Shown: positions 30,032-44,114, counted from the stretch's first letter. The stretch is 64,000 bases of DNA from Octopus vulgaris (GCA_951406725.2 OX597832.1:46872001-46936000), one strand, 5' to 3'. The notes: generated from the letters alone by a model not told the origin. A program made the numbers and translations.

Positions 30032-30449
30032 GGAGTGTGTGAGAGTGGATCTATTCCTTACAGTGTCATTGTTGTAATAATGTTGCAGCTAAGACGTTGC
30101 CTGACTGCTGACGAACACGAAGAAAAGATGGTCGAGGCTTACTCGAATCAACTTGACTACCGTTGCACTCTGACACTAGTAATTGATCTCTGAAACGCAT
30201 GTTTGTTCGGATAAACTAAGATATACATAAGTCTGGCTGTACGAGCGTAATCTGTTTGTATAATCCTTCTTTAATCCAATGGGAATCTGCTATGACATCA
30301 CATATTGCACTGAGAGAACACTTGTATATGTGCACACATACACACACACAAACACACGCATGCATATGTGTATATGTATACATACATATATATATATATA
30401 TATATTTATATACATATATATAAAAATGCATACATATATATATGTATAC

Positions 30450-30520
<71 letters not shown>

Positions 30521-31519
30521 GTATATATATATGTATACATAGATAATATATTTATATATATTTTTTTATATATGCACTCGCGCACAAATACATGTGTGTG
30601 TGTGTGTGCGTGTGTGTGTGTGTGTGTAAATACGCATTAATTCTTGCTTGTTTTTTTTTTGTTGTTTTTGTTTATTATCCTTTTGGAGAATTATGACAAA
30701 GCTGTGATAGTTGCACATACCAGCGCAACATTTGTACATGCAAACGTAACTATCTACTTAGTTGTCGATCTGTTTGTATTTAAGATATAATTCTTCGTGC
30801 GTGCGCATAAATGTCTATGTCTATGTCTGCACACGCAGTCTACGTAACATATTCGCAATATCGGTGTGTACACAGGATACGTTTGCACACGTGAGAGTAA
30901 ATATATGTGTTAGATATTTTGAATGTCGAAATAAGGTTGTATGAAATTATGAAATATAGAATTGTTCGTTCACAGTAATTTTGTTACATGTATAACCCTA
31001 TTGCCGCCATTTCTTTGTCTGTCACGTGACCGGGTAACTTTGACGGAAAATAATTGTTTCAGAAGACCGGAAGCATGTGGATCAAAATCAGATAAAAATC
31101 ATTTCTTTTCCTTTAAACTTCACTGATGATCGCGGAGAAGGCACGAACTTCTCCTTACCTACCGCCATAAAACATATGCTCTATGTTGAGCGAGCTTTAA
31201 CATTCTCATTCTTTGCTCCGTTACCGCAGAATTCAATTATTCCCTTCCGTTTTGTGAAATGTGAGAGATAAGAGACACATACCTATATAAACAAATACTC
31301 AGTAAGGAACAGAATGGTGCCGATTGTTCTAGATCTACGCCCTTTGTTGTAGATCTTTACTAACAGGGTGTTCCTGAGAATCGGTTACAACATGAACTAT
31401 AACTACAAAAAAAACAGAATCAATCACTTATTACAATTATTGAGAATCACAAACTTTCTGGCAATTTTACCGTAATACATTCTTACACAGCGACAAACAT
31501 ATATATATACACACATATC

Positions 31520-31985
31520 ACCAAAATGGTGGTAATATGCAGGCTAATACCCGGACGGTTTCTGAGAATTTTAGAACAAGGGACCATGAAACTATACTGG
31601 TCCTATGGAAGAAATTTGTCCCCAACAGTCTGGACTACTGCTGTCAAATATGGTTACCCTACAGTGTCAAATTAATATCGGAACTTGAGGGAGTTGGGTG
31701 GTGCTACACCAGGAAGATTGCATCAATGTAACAGCTCAGCTATTCAGAGAGACTGAAAGAGCGACGACTCAACTCTCTGGACTGAAGACGGAAGAGATAT
31801 GCAATGAAATACGTATGGAAGATCGTGAATAGCTTGGGCTTCAAGACCCCACAGCATACCTTGCCAAAACGACTGAGAAATTTTCATGGAGTAAGAGTAG
31901 ATTTATTTAAGAAAAAACTTGGCCTACTGTCCAAGGTCCTAGATGAACCTACAACACAGTGAGAAACTCAAAAGTGGGCAGCGGT
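31520..31985 (+). pseudogene. Decayed CR1/L2-group LINE ORF2 C-terminal fragment
   Basis: Translation ...LWKKFVPNSLDYCCQIWLPY...ELEGVGWCYTRKIASM*QLSYSERLKERRLNSLD*RRKRY resembles the LEYC..W.P / Y.ERL..L..RR motifs after the RT domain; in-frame stops. Confidence 0.8.
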
Positions 31986-32213
31986 ATCGAACTCCCTTCT
32001 TCTACAAAAGCCAATAACATAATAATCGGCATTTGCCTTTGGGCTGACAGGCATAAAAGAATAAAAGAGTGTGTGCGTGTGCCTGTCTGTCTGCGCACGT
32101 ATATGTATGTGTATACATACCTACATATATATATAAATATATATATCGTATACATAAACACACATATTTGATAATATATTATTGCATATATATGTATATA
32201 TGTATGTATGTAC

Positions 32214-32275
<62 letters not shown>

Positions 32276-32385
32276 TTAAAAGCACCAGAAATTCAACAAA
32301 AGCTTTTAAATAAAGCATATTACTCTACCTCTGGTATTTGAGTACTTTTTTTCCACCTTGTTTCACATTTATGTGTTTACTCCGG

Positions 32386-32429
<44 letters not shown>

Positions 32430-32434
32430 GTGTG

Positions 32435-32511
<77 letters not shown>

Positions 32512-33009
32512 TACCTATGTAATTGTGTGTATATATACATATAGAAACACACGCATATGCATACATATATACACACTCATAGACCTAGATACAGACATTA
32601 TACATATAGATATACATACACACACATATATGAGGAAATGAGAGGTAACATGATATAATATCATTATTAGTGTAGAAGGAAGGGAGTTGAACAGACACCC
32701 ATTTCTCTCACCGTAACTTCCATTTTAGCAAACACCTATCCTACCACACACCAACTTCTAGATCAACATTTATATCTGACACCTGAATATCTTCTTATCT
32801 TCTTTCATTCAAATCTCTGCCGGGTTAATAGTCTCAATAAATAAGTCAAAGATTATTTAATTGCACGGAAGGAGTAATATGCTGTGAAATACAAAAATCA
32901 ATTGTAAATCAGGACAGGTATACCCAGGTACTTACAAGTACATACAAATTTATACTCAGGTGTATACAATACAGAGAGAGAGAGAGGTGGGGGACAAAAT
33001 AATATATTT

Positions 33010-33216
33010 ATGATAGATCGTTAGCTCCTACACGCATTTTTTAATCTCTCCTTGTTTCTCTCTTTGTTTTCTTTTCTGTGTATCTTTCTGTCGAAGAGCG
33101 TAGGCTCGAAACGTAAAAGACTTGTTCTGTTTCTATTCCTGAGCGCCATACTAATACATTTGTTTGTTTGTACTCCACCTGCCTTCGTCTTTTTTTTTAT
33201 TTTCGTAAACCTTCCC
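33010..33216 (+). mobile_element. Family D element, hammerhead-like motif at 33083-33120
   Basis: UCUUU-CUGUCGA-A-GAGC-GUAG-GCUC-GAA-ACGU-A-AAAGA; stems I and II perfect. Confidence 0.78.
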
Positions 33217-33242
33217 GATATATATATATATATATATATACA

Positions 33243-33442
33243 TATTGGTAAAAACGGTAAGATAACAAAAGAAAGAAAGAGACCTCAATATTATGTAAAT
33301 AGAGGAAATTTATCTGTAAAATAATATGTTACAATTATTCTGGCCAGATAACCGAAAAGATGGTGGTGTGGATTTCCACCTCGGCATCCGAAACTCAGAG
33401 TTTTATCTTGGCTACCGAATAATTGTCACATATTGTTTTACA
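33243..33442 (+). mobile_element. (TA)n-embedded fold-back element with degenerate hammerhead at 33347-33407
   Basis: Inverted arms about 33315-33351 / 33403-33442; GAUAA-CCGAAAA-GAUG...CAUC-C-GAA-ACUCAGAGU-U-UUAUC. Confidence 0.6.
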
Positions 33443-33574
33443 TATATATATATATATATATATAAGTAGTTACAGATAGAGAGAGAATTGGTGAATGATG
33501 GATATATACACACACACAGACACACACACAAATGTATATAGATGTGTGTGTGTGTATGTATTTGCTTCGGCAGT

Positions 33575-34070
33575 ACATATACACACGGCCTCAGATGTAA
33601 CTTAGGGGCCTACAGCAAGTGCCTGGAGGAGGTGGTCCTGCCCTGGGTGAAGTGGATGGCTGCTGAAAGACCCTATGTCTGGCAACAGGACTCTGCACCA
33701 TGCCACACGGGCAGTAGAACCCAGTCATAGCTGTCAGACAACTTTTAGGACTACATTACCCCTACCATGAGACTGCAACCCGCTTGATTATAATGTGTGG
33801 GGTGCTGTTGAGCGAGAGACCAAAGACGAACCGAAGGCAAGCAGCAACATTCACCAACTTAAGCAAGGAGACTGTCCAGAAGAGCTGCAGGAGATTCCGA
33901 AGTCGTCTGGAGGCCATGGCTGAAGCCAATGACGATTTTATTGAGTAAATTTATTGCTTAGCATTACATATATTTTATGTAATTTTGGTAAATATATCTG
34001 TGAAAATGAGATATCGGTCTTATTTTCATTTTTCTGTAATTTAGACGACAGCTTATTTATTGCACCGTGT
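33575..34070 (+). pseudogene. Tc1/mariner transposase C-terminal remnant with right end
   Basis: YVWQQDSAPCH and DCNPLDYNVWGAVERET motifs, then CRRFRSRLEAMAEANDDFIE*; stops and frameshifts; ends ...TGCACCGTG followed by TA. Confidence 0.85.
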
Positions 34071-34169
34071 ATATATGAATGTCCCTATGAGTGTGTGTGT
34101 TTGTGTGTGTGTGTCTATGTATGTATGTGTGTGTGTGTAAATATGTTTCTGTGCTTTTTGTACAATTAA

Positions 34170-34342
34170 ATAGATAGATAGATAGATAGATAGATAAATA
34201 GATGAATAGATGGATGGATGAATGTCTAGATAGACGAACGGACAGACAGACAGACAGATAGATAGACAGACAGACAAACAGATAGACAGACACATAGACA
34301 GACAGATAGATAGATAGATATTTAGATAGATAGATAGATATT

Positions 34343-34422
<80 letters not shown>

Positions 34423-34490
34423 TGTATATATATATTGAGAGAGAGGGACAGAGACAGAGACAGATAAACAGACAGACATAACAGGCAGAT
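34170..34490. repeat. (GATA)n/(GACA)n array
   Basis: Direct run. Confidence 0.95.
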
Positions 34491-34971
34491 AGAAATTCTG
34501 TTAGAAAAGTAAAGATCTGACAGCCTACAAAGGAGATGACCTGACCTTGGTCAGAGAAACAACAGTAAGCACACACACACACAACACACAACAACAACAA
34601 CAACAAATAAATAAAGGAGGACGAAGCAAATAGAAAAGGATAAAAGAAGTGAAAGTCGCGAAAATACGATTGGCCTTCGAGTAACCGAGTGAAACTTGAA
34701 ACATTTTGATGGCTTATTGTAGCGAGATATTTAGGTGATCGATACGTTTTGAGATCAGACGAGGTTTATGGATTAAACGTGTTGTTAAGTCAATCTCGGC
34801 AAACTGTATTGAAATCTGACAGGATGTGTCCGCAGTCAAATAGATAAATACATAAGTGTATATGCGCGTGTGTGTGTGTATGTGTGTGCGTTTATGTTTT
34901 TAATCCATTATGCTCACATTGCTATATGTAGATAGGTGTATATATTGTATATATGTATGTATATATGTATA

Positions 34972-35165
34972 TGGAGAGTTTACGAAAAAAACAAAAGACG
35001 AAGACAGGTGGTGTACAAAGCAAACTGATGTATTAGTATAACGCTCAGGAATAGAAAAAGTCTTTTATGTTTCGAGCCTATGCTCTTCTACAGAAAGGGA
35101 TACAGAAAAAGGAGAGAAACAAGGAGAAAAAAATGTATGTAGTAGCTAACGATCTATCATGGTGA
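34972..35165 (-). mobile_element. Family D element, hammerhead-like motif at about 35061-35097 (-)
   Basis: Close to 5116-5282; core CUGUAGA. Confidence 0.75.
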
Positions 35166-35179
35166 CTCATATATATGCA

Positions 35180-35298
35180 TAGGCTTACAAAGTACTAGGC
35201 TTACAAAGAAAAATTACTGGGGTCGATTTGTTCGACTAAAAGCGGCGCTCCAGCATGGCCGCAGTCAAAATGACTGAAACAAGTAAATGAATAAAAGA
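35180..35298 (+). mobile_element. SINE group C, 3' end
   Basis: Tail motif GCTCCAGCATGGCCGCAGTC. Confidence 0.85.
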
Positions 35299-35507
35299 AT
35301 ATAACAATAGCTGTACAGCCTACAGTATGAGCATACACGAGCATACACAAGCATATACACACACACAAACACATACATACACACACGCGTGCGCACTCAC
35401 ACACACACACACATACGTGCATACAAAATCACACTGGCGAGCGTGCACCTGTTGTGACAGAAATTGCCTGTCCGTGAGTTTATCAAACGGTAAATAGGTA
35501 GACAGAA

Positions 35508-35738
35508 GGCGGCGAGCCGGCAGAAACGTTAGCACGCCGGGCAAAATGCTTTGTGGTATTTCGTCCGCCGCTGCGTTCTGAGTTCAAATTCCGCTGAGGT
35601 CGACTTTGCCTTTCATCATTTCGGGGTCGATTAAATAAGCGCCAGTTACGCACTGGGGTTGATATAATCGACTAATCCGTTTGTCTGTCCTTGTATGCCC
35701 TCTCTGTGTTTAGCTCCTTGTGGGTAGTAAAGAAATAG
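35508..35738 (+). mobile_element. SINE group B, full length
   Basis: Group B sequence; TSD-like GGTAAATAGRTAGAC at 35489-35503 and 35738-35752. Confidence 0.92.
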
Positions 35739-37009
35739 GTAAATAGATAGACTGTACAGGTATAGACTGAATGTGTCCATTTTTGATTCTGAAAAATTTG
35801 TCCGTTCTACTTTTAGATTGCGCTTCATTCAATCTTAAACCCGTGAAACCATGACCAGAGCTGTCATTCGTAAACGTGTGTGAGTTGGTAGCACGTACAA
35901 TGCTATGGATTATTTCCATGCTATGGATTATGTAATCTAGAACAGACACAGACATAATCCTGACCTAGGACAACATAGAGGATGTCACTGCTGGAGAGAT
36001 ATGATGGTAACACCATCCGTTGGCAGGTTTTCATTTTCAGCAAAGGAAAATGAATCGACGTGAAATTGATGTTCGTTGCAGCGAAACGGAACCGGATCTA
36101 TACTTTTTAAATTAGAAATGCAACACCCAATCATTTCATCTGGCTTTAATTTTATATATGATATCAGGGAAGCCCTGCACTTATTAACGCTTACCGCCAG
36201 AGAATATACGCTTTATCTAATATCTCAAGGAAGCTTCAGAAAGGTCACTCACCTCCACCCCTCTGAAATGGAAAGCAAATCTCCATCAAATTATTCACTT
36301 CTATGTTGTGAAGTGTGAGAGATAAGACAGACTTAGCCATATTAAAAATGCTTAAGAAAAGAACGGTGTGGTCGTGACTGGAACGTCCTTTGCTGTCAGT
36401 CTTTTCTAAGTCTACATAATGTCGCTTGCTGTAAGACAAAACGCTTACTTGCGTCCCTATAATCTGGAATCCAACACCCTAATCTTCTAAACCACGTATC
36501 TTATGTATACATTCGTGTGTGTGTGTGTGTGTGTGCGTGTGTGTATCTGTGTCTGTGTGTGTGTCTGTGTAATGGTGCGTGTACGTGCGTGTGTGTGCCT
36601 GCATATAATCGCATATAACCATTTGTCTGATGTAAATTGCATTCAGATCTGCCTACAGTCATCTTGCCAATACGGTGGAAAGGTAAATCGCACCGAATTG
36701 CGGTTTAATATGCTTAAGATAGAAATTAGTTTATAATCTAAATGTTAAGCCAAAATATGCAAGTGGTCGCCGAGCAATTACTGTATCAAAATTGCCTTTC
36801 AAAAGCATTCAACGTCAGAATGTCAGAATTTTGTACTTTCCCTGAATAAGCTGTTCAATTTTTAAGTGTTGAGTGACTTCATAGGAACACCTCTAGGCGG
36901 TCTTTTATTCAGCTAGAAATAGCAGTCAAACTATGCTCACATCTCATCCTTTTGTCTTTCAAATAGTGTTGTAGTCCTAGCTGTAGCAATAACAACACGG
37001 AATGTCTAA

Positions 37010-37552
37010 AAGGGATCTTAACAAGAAATTATCGGGTAGCTAGCGTGAAAACCTCATAAAAGAAAAAAATCCGAAAATAATTTTTTTCTTTTGAACAAAT
37101 TAATTATATCTATATTGTATAGAGGGCATTATTACACATAAATGCCTCACACTAGGAGGGACAAAGTCATTACTACCAAAATTATACTAATCATACCCAA
37201 ATGCAGTTTTTCAAAGCAAGACATTTAAAAAATGAATTTAGTTCTGTATCACCGTGATTTCACATTCAACTTACGTCTAATGATCGTCAGCAGAACTGAT
37301 TCTGAACACATCATAAATAAACTACCAACCTTACGTAGCGAAGACGAACAGACAACTGCTCACTCCGGCCAAGCACATGGAATGTTTATAAATCATATAT
37401 CCGGTAAATGGCGGGCTTTTTACGAACTGCATGTCGGGTAATGAAAAGTATTTCGGAATAAGTTTAACAATTAAGGATAATCTCTTAATAAGGGATCTTA
37501 ACAAGAAATTATCGGGTAGCTAGCGTGAAAACCTCATAAAAGAAAAAAATCC
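37010..37552. repeat. 63-bp exact direct repeat pair (37010-37072, 37490-37552)
   Basis: AAGGGATCTTAACAAGAAATTATCGGGTAGC...AAAATCC identical, 480 bp apart. Confidence 0.9.
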
Positions 37553-37882
<330 letters not shown>

Positions 37883-38200
37883 TACGTCCCTGGCAAAAGA
37901 GATCGATAAAATAAGTAACAGGCTTGCAAAGAATAAGTCCAGGGGGGTCTTGTTAGCACTCTTGTTTTTCATTCGAACGGATTTTACTGCGAATTTTTTT
38001 AAACCCCAAGAGTTTATTACATTGTTTTTACTGTTGTCTGGTTATCTTATTTATTGTACGTAACAAATTGCGTTACAACATTAGGAAAATACTTTGCCCT
38101 ACTATTAACCGCTCATGTGCAAGACATATCAGCTAAATTGTATCAAATATAGATCTGCCATCTCAAAAGTACAAACAGTCAGATTAACGATTATATAATC

Positions 38201-38489
38201 CAATGGTTCCTAAATCTTTTCGGGCTGCCATCCTCTTCGCACCCAGGACACCGTCCTCATCTCATCCCCACCATCACCACCTGCCCAACTCACTTCCACA
38301 AACACAGGCCACTTTCTGCAGCAAATTCACAAATAAAACTTAACCTAACCGACCCATTATTTGTGGGGGGGGGGTTTATTTTGTATCCATCGTTTTGGCC
38401 TCCCAATTATCACTCCATATTTCTTCAACGCCCGCCTGAATCTTTTTACCACCCCCAGTGAGTAGTACTGCCCAATTTGGAAACCACTG
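38201..38489. mobile_element. Diverged hAT-like MITE
   Basis: Termini CAATGGTTCCTAAA / TTTGGAAACCACTG resemble CAGTGGTT(C/T)CCAA TIRs; TSD not recoverable. Confidence 0.5.
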
Positions 38490-38919
38490 TAAACCAACTA
38501 AAAGTATGTCTGCAAAAATTATTTTTAAGTTGGTCACCGTTGGAAAGACGTACAAAAAAAGTTTGTTAGACAACAGATGACTTAGCGGTAGAGGAAAAGA
38601 GAAAAAAAGAAATACACAGATGTTGAATAGACAATCGAAGATAAGTACATTTCTGATGGCTCCTAGGACTTTGCATAATCTTTCAATACCACCTTGACAA
38701 CAACTGAGGAGATCTTAGGTGTCACGACAGAACAGGTGTTTAGCGCTCAGTCACGTATATGCGTATGTGAAGACAGAGAGAGACAGAGAGACAGACAGTC
38801 AGGCAGAGAAAGAGAGAGGTTCACACATGTGTACATATAGAGAGGGTGGTTGAGAAAGAGAGCTTGGGTTTATGTCTGATTATAATCAGACATAACAAGC
38901 TTCGCAGATACAAAGGTCG

Positions 38920-38925
38920 ATAGAC

Positions 38926-38990
<65 letters not shown>

Positions 38991-39001
38991 CATACAGATA
39001 C

Positions 39002-39085
<84 letters not shown>

Positions 39086-39135
39086 TGAGAGAGTGAGAGA
39101 GTGAGATGGTAGGTAGGTATGTATGTAGGTAGGTA
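38920..39135. repeat. (GATA)n array
   Basis: Direct run. Confidence 0.95.
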
Positions 39136-39530
39136 TTGGTCTAGATTATAAATATACCCAAGTTGCACTTTACTGACACTGACGAGCCAGAAGGTCAAGG
39201 TGAACGTCAAGCACATCGACATCACCAGTCAAGGATGGACTCTTATAGGTCATTATAGCTACTCTTTCGTCGCTTTCTACCAATGCAATAAAGACAGTAT
39301 CGGAGTGACATCCGGTAATACCTTATCAACAAAAGCCTACGTAAAATGATAATTCCTCCACGCACTGTAAAGATTAGGGTTAGGCAGGCTTTTGCCTGAG
39401 TCACTTTTCATATTTGATTAATTCAATATATGGTTAATTAATGCATGGCTACTTCCGTAAGAAGACGGCGTAGTGACAAAATCATTAGAAATCTCTCACT
39501 CTGCTGGCCCTTTTACGTCATGTATGTTTC

Positions 39531-39628
39531 AGTGAAGGCATGTGGCCGAGTGGTTAGCGTTCGGCTCGTGATTGTAAGATTCTGAGTTCGAAAACCAGCA
39601 GCGCGTTGTGTTCTTAAGCAAGACATTG
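39531..39628 (+). mobile_element. CORE-like SINE 5' fragment
   Basis: TGGCCGAGTGGTTAG...GAGTTCGA...TTGTGTTCTTAAGCAAGACA. Confidence 0.75.
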
Positions 39629-40197
39629 AGTGAATTTTGGCTGTTATTTCTGACATTGTACCCGGCTGGGTCAAACAACGCAATCGAAAATGTTTGATTG
39701 GCTGGGATATATCTGTTATTTGTAATTGCTGGTGGTGGCCTTTAATGATGTGCTTATTCATGTTATCAGAATGGAATATAAAATATATATAATGATATTG
39801 ACGATAAGTGAAGTAGTTGTTATCTTCAATTTTTATCTATTCGACCTCTAAGTGTGATCACGAATGTTGTTTAGAAGAAAAAAGAATCGACGAATTAAGA
39901 GAATGTAGAGTCGTGTTAGGAGTTTGTTTCGCCAGAATCGTTGCTTTACGTTCGTTCCTTACTGCTCTACAGTTTAACGAAACTGTCTACTCACATGTGT
40001 TTTTGTGTATGAGAATGTGTCTGTCCATGTGCGCGCGTGTGTGAGAGAGAGAGAAGGCAGACAGACAGAGACAGACAGACAGACAGACAGAGACAGACAG
40101 ACAAAATGTGTGCGCATGCTTCGCATCCAACTTCTTAAGAACTGTAGTTTACTTTACAGACATCTTAGGTTTGAAATGCATACATTTCTAATATATG

Positions 40198-40246
<49 letters not shown>

Positions 40247-40338
40247 GCACACATATACATATATATACACACAGTAGATTATATATATTCTCTCTCTTTC
40301 CCTCTCTCTGCATATGTATATATATGTATATGTGTGCG

Positions 40339-40386
<48 letters not shown>

Positions 40387-41407
40387 AGTGTGTATATATA
40401 TATATATGTACGTGTATGTATATATATATATTCTTTGATTCTTTGACGTGTCTCAGTCATTAGACTGCGGCCATGGTGAAGCACCACCTTGGTTGTATAC
40501 ACTAATAAATATATTGTATATATGTGCATATGTACGTAAACAAACATATAGATAGACTGACCGACAGTCAAACAGACAGACAGATAGATAGATATATAGA
40601 TAGATAGATAGATGCATTTATTCATACATAGAATGTCCCACACACATACGTACATACGCATACAAAGATACATACATACACACACATACATTCATTCATT
40701 CACTCATACATACATTCACACACACATTTATTCATGCGTATATACATACATACACACATACATACATACAGCGCACAAACTGAGTTAAGCTGCGATGATA
40801 TGATGAAATGTGTTAAGATCGTAACTGTCAAAAGAAAAGCTGAGTTTGTTGGCAACAGCCATTTTTACCCCGCTCTCCTGTAATAAAAGGGGAAAAAAAT
40901 AGACAGTTTCTAAACTCTACACGTAACTTGTCTTGACGAAGGATTAGAGAAATAAAATATTTACTGAAAGAGATAAAAAAAAAGAACATGCATTCGTAGA
41001 TGAGTTGTAGAAAGCAAGATTAAATGGAATAGTAAAAAGCACTTTCTCAGCTTATTCTCTGTAGTACAGAAAAAGAAATAAAGACATTTTAAATTAAATG
41101 GAATAAGGGAAAGATGTGTACAACCTGTTTGATCACGACATGTTACAGTAGTAAAAACAGTCAACAAGATTTAGATTGGAAAGAACGTATGTAAAGTACA
41201 CTCTATCGTAAGTATACTTCACCTTAATCCGTGCCATCTGTTAATATAGTACAACTGTCGACAAACTCTTGTTATGAAGATGGAAGATATAGGAACAACA
41301 ATAACAATGTCAGTAAAGGAATGGTAATGACAACTAATAGAAAAAAATTAAAGCGAAGAAAATGTAAAATGAAGTTATCATCAAACTGCGGCAACAGTAA
41401 CAACAGA

Positions 41408-41887
41408 GCAGGCGCAATGGCCCAGTGGTTAGGGCAGCGGACTTGCGGTCGTAAGAACGCGGTTTCGATTCCCAGACCGGGCATTGTGAGTGTTTATTGA
41501 GCAAAACACCTAAGCTCCACGAGGGTGGTGAATCCCGCTGTACTCTTTCACCACAACTTTCTCTCACTCTTTTTTCCTACTTCTGCCACAAAGCAGAGGA
41601 ACCATGGTGTAACCCACTATGGTGTGGTAAATTTTCAGACCCTAGTCTAGATTGCGAATCCTTTGTACCCCAGGATGGTTCAGCTCTCCACCCGTTAAAA
41701 TCCACCGTTTACGGAATGAAGATAACAACATAGCTCTCGCGCCCGAGCAACTGCCTGTCTATCGCGTGTGGTGGGTGGGTCTTGAAGTTGCCACACACGC
41801 ATTCTTAGTAGCTTAGAGTAGGCTCGTATTAGAGATTATTCTCTGTGGCTTATGGCGTGTCCCGATTGGAAGAAGAAGAAGAAGAAG
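41408..41887 (+). mobile_element. SINE group A, tail type 4 ending in (GAA)n
   Basis: Group A head and body to about 41580, then about 300 bp of unrelated sequence, then (GAA)n; ACAGTAACA at 41394-41402 and 41888-41896. Confidence 0.75.
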
Positions 41888-41977
41888 ACAGTAACAGGGA
41901 CAAGAGTAAAATATATAGCAAACGGAGGATTATTAGCATAAACGAATCAGTGAATGGACCTACATATTATGAAAAAT

Positions 41978-42111
41978 AGGCGTAGGAGTGGCTGTGTGGT
42001 AAGTAACTTGCTTACCAACCACATGGTTCCGGGTTTAGTCCCACTGCGTGGCACCTTGGGCAAGTGTCTTCTACTACAGTCTAGGGCCGACCGAAGCCTT
42101 GTGAGTGGATT
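41978..42111 (+). mobile_element. SINE group C, 5' part
   Basis: Head plus CORE-like segment. Confidence 0.88.
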
Positions 42112-42660
42112 CTTAAATACACTCAACCATTAAACTATAGTTACCATTAACTACATACATACAAACAGTCAAATAAATACACATATACACATGTTCGCGT
42201 GTGCACGCGCGCATACGTACGTATAAGCAGTTATATATATACGCATATTTAGTATTATGTATGTACATATATATAGAGAGAAAAAGCACACCATTTTATG
42301 TGAACAAGCATTTGAAATAGTTCTTTTAATAGGCATGTACAGACCAGCCGTGGAACGTGCCATTTCGAAATGGAAGCACTTTTTGCAGTCAAATTGCGTT
42401 AATTATCAATAAATTCTTCTTCAAGTTTAGCTCTAATTGTTAAGCCTGTAGTGACGAAATAAACTGTGTGTAAACCTTTAACCCTCTACGCCCCACTTCT
42501 GCCAAATCAATTTGTGTGTGTATGTGTGTGTGTGTGTGAGTGTGTGTGCGTGCGTGAAGCAGTTATGTTTCAGTCCCATTTGACCTTCTCAGTAAAACGT
42601 GATTTCACAGATAAGTTATCAACATACGTGTGTGTGTGTGAATGTGAGTGTGCGTGTGTG

Positions 42661-42705
<45 letters not shown>

Positions 42706-42877
42706 AGGTGCAGGAGTGGCTGTGTGGTAAGTACCTTGCTAACCAGCCACATGGTTCCGGGTTCAGTCCCACTGCGTGGCATCTTGGGCAAGTGTCTTCT
42801 GCTATAGCCCAGGGCCGACCAATGCCTTGTGAGTGGATTTGGTAGACGGAAACTGAAAGAAGCCTGTCGTATATATG

Positions 42878-42908
<31 letters not shown>

Positions 42909-43112
42909 TTGTGTGCCTGCGTTTGTCCCCCTAGCATTGCTTGACAACCGATGCTGGTGTGTTTACGTCCCCGTCACTTAGCGGTTCGGCAAAAGGGACC
43001 GATAGAATAAGTACTGAGCTTACAAAGAATAAGTCCTGGGGTCGATTTGCTCGACTAAAGGCGGTGCTCCAGCATGGCCGCAGTCAAATGACTGAAACAA
43101 GTAAAAGAGAAA
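42706..43112 (+). mobile_element. SINE group C, full length
   Basis: Matches the other full-length copies closely. Confidence 0.93.
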
Positions 43113-43134
43113 GATATATATATATATATATGCT

Positions 43135-43596
43135 TTTATTCTCCTGTTCTTTTACTTGTTTCAGTTATTTGACAGCGGCCATGCTGGAGCACCGCCTTCA
43201 AGTGTTTTTAGTGGAGCAAATGGATCGCAGGACTTATTTGTTAAGCTTAGTACTTATTGCATCANNNNNNNNNNNNNNNNNNNNNNNNNNNNNNNNNNNN
43301 NNNNNNNNNNNNNNNNNNNNNNNNNNNNNNNNNNNNNNNNNNNNNNNNNNNNNNNNNNNNNNNNGTACTTATTGCATCACTAAGTTATCCGCTTGTCAAG
43401 CGGTGTTGGGCGAGAAACACACACACATATATATATAGTGTGGGATTTTTCAGTTTCCGTCTACCAAATCTATTCACAAGGGTTTGGTCTGCTCGGGGAT
43501 TAAAGGAGAAGACTCTTGCCCAAGTTCCCACGCAGCGGGACTGAACCCGGAACCATGCGGTTGAGAAGCAAGCCTCTTATCCCACAGCGACGCCTA
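43135..43596 (-). mobile_element. SINE group C spanning the assembly gap
   Basis: Tail to the left of the gap, head to the right. Confidence 0.85.
43265..43364. other. Assembly gap (100 N)
   Basis: N run; GTACTTATTGCATCA duplicated on both sides. Confidence 0.99.
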
Positions 43597-43630
43597 TGCC
43601 TTATGCATATACATATGTATATATATATAT

Positions 43631-43851
43631 ACTCTTTTACTCTTTTACTCTGTTACTTGTTTCAGTCATTTGACTGCGGCCATGCTGGAGCACCGCCTTT
43701 AGTCGAGCAAATCGACCCCGGAACTTATTCTTTGTAAGCCCAGTACTTATTCTATCGGTCTCTTTTTGCCGAACCGCTAAGTGACGGGGACGTAAACACA
43801 CCAGCATCGGTTGTCAAGCAATGCTAAGGGGACAAACACAGACACACAAGC

Positions 43852-43895
<44 letters not shown>

Positions 43896-44056
43896 CAGGC
43901 TTCTTTCAGTTTCCGTCTAACAAATCCAATCACAAGGCATTGGTCGGCCCTGGGCTATAGCAGAAGACACTTGCCCAAGATGCCACGCAGTGGGACTGAA
44001 CCCGGAACCATGTGGTTGGTAAGCAAGCTACTTACCACACAGCCACTCCTGCGCCT
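43631..44056 (-). mobile_element. SINE group C, full length
   Basis: Reverse complement of the 42706 copy. Confidence 0.93.
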
Positions 44057-44059
44057 ATA

Positions 44060-44114
<55 letters not shown>

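Noticed and set aside
30105-30210. CTGACGA...GAAACGCATGT hammerhead candidate
   Set aside because: No convincing stem I or stem II pairing
35940-36030. Possible RTE LINE tail fragment
   Set aside because: Too short and diverged to support
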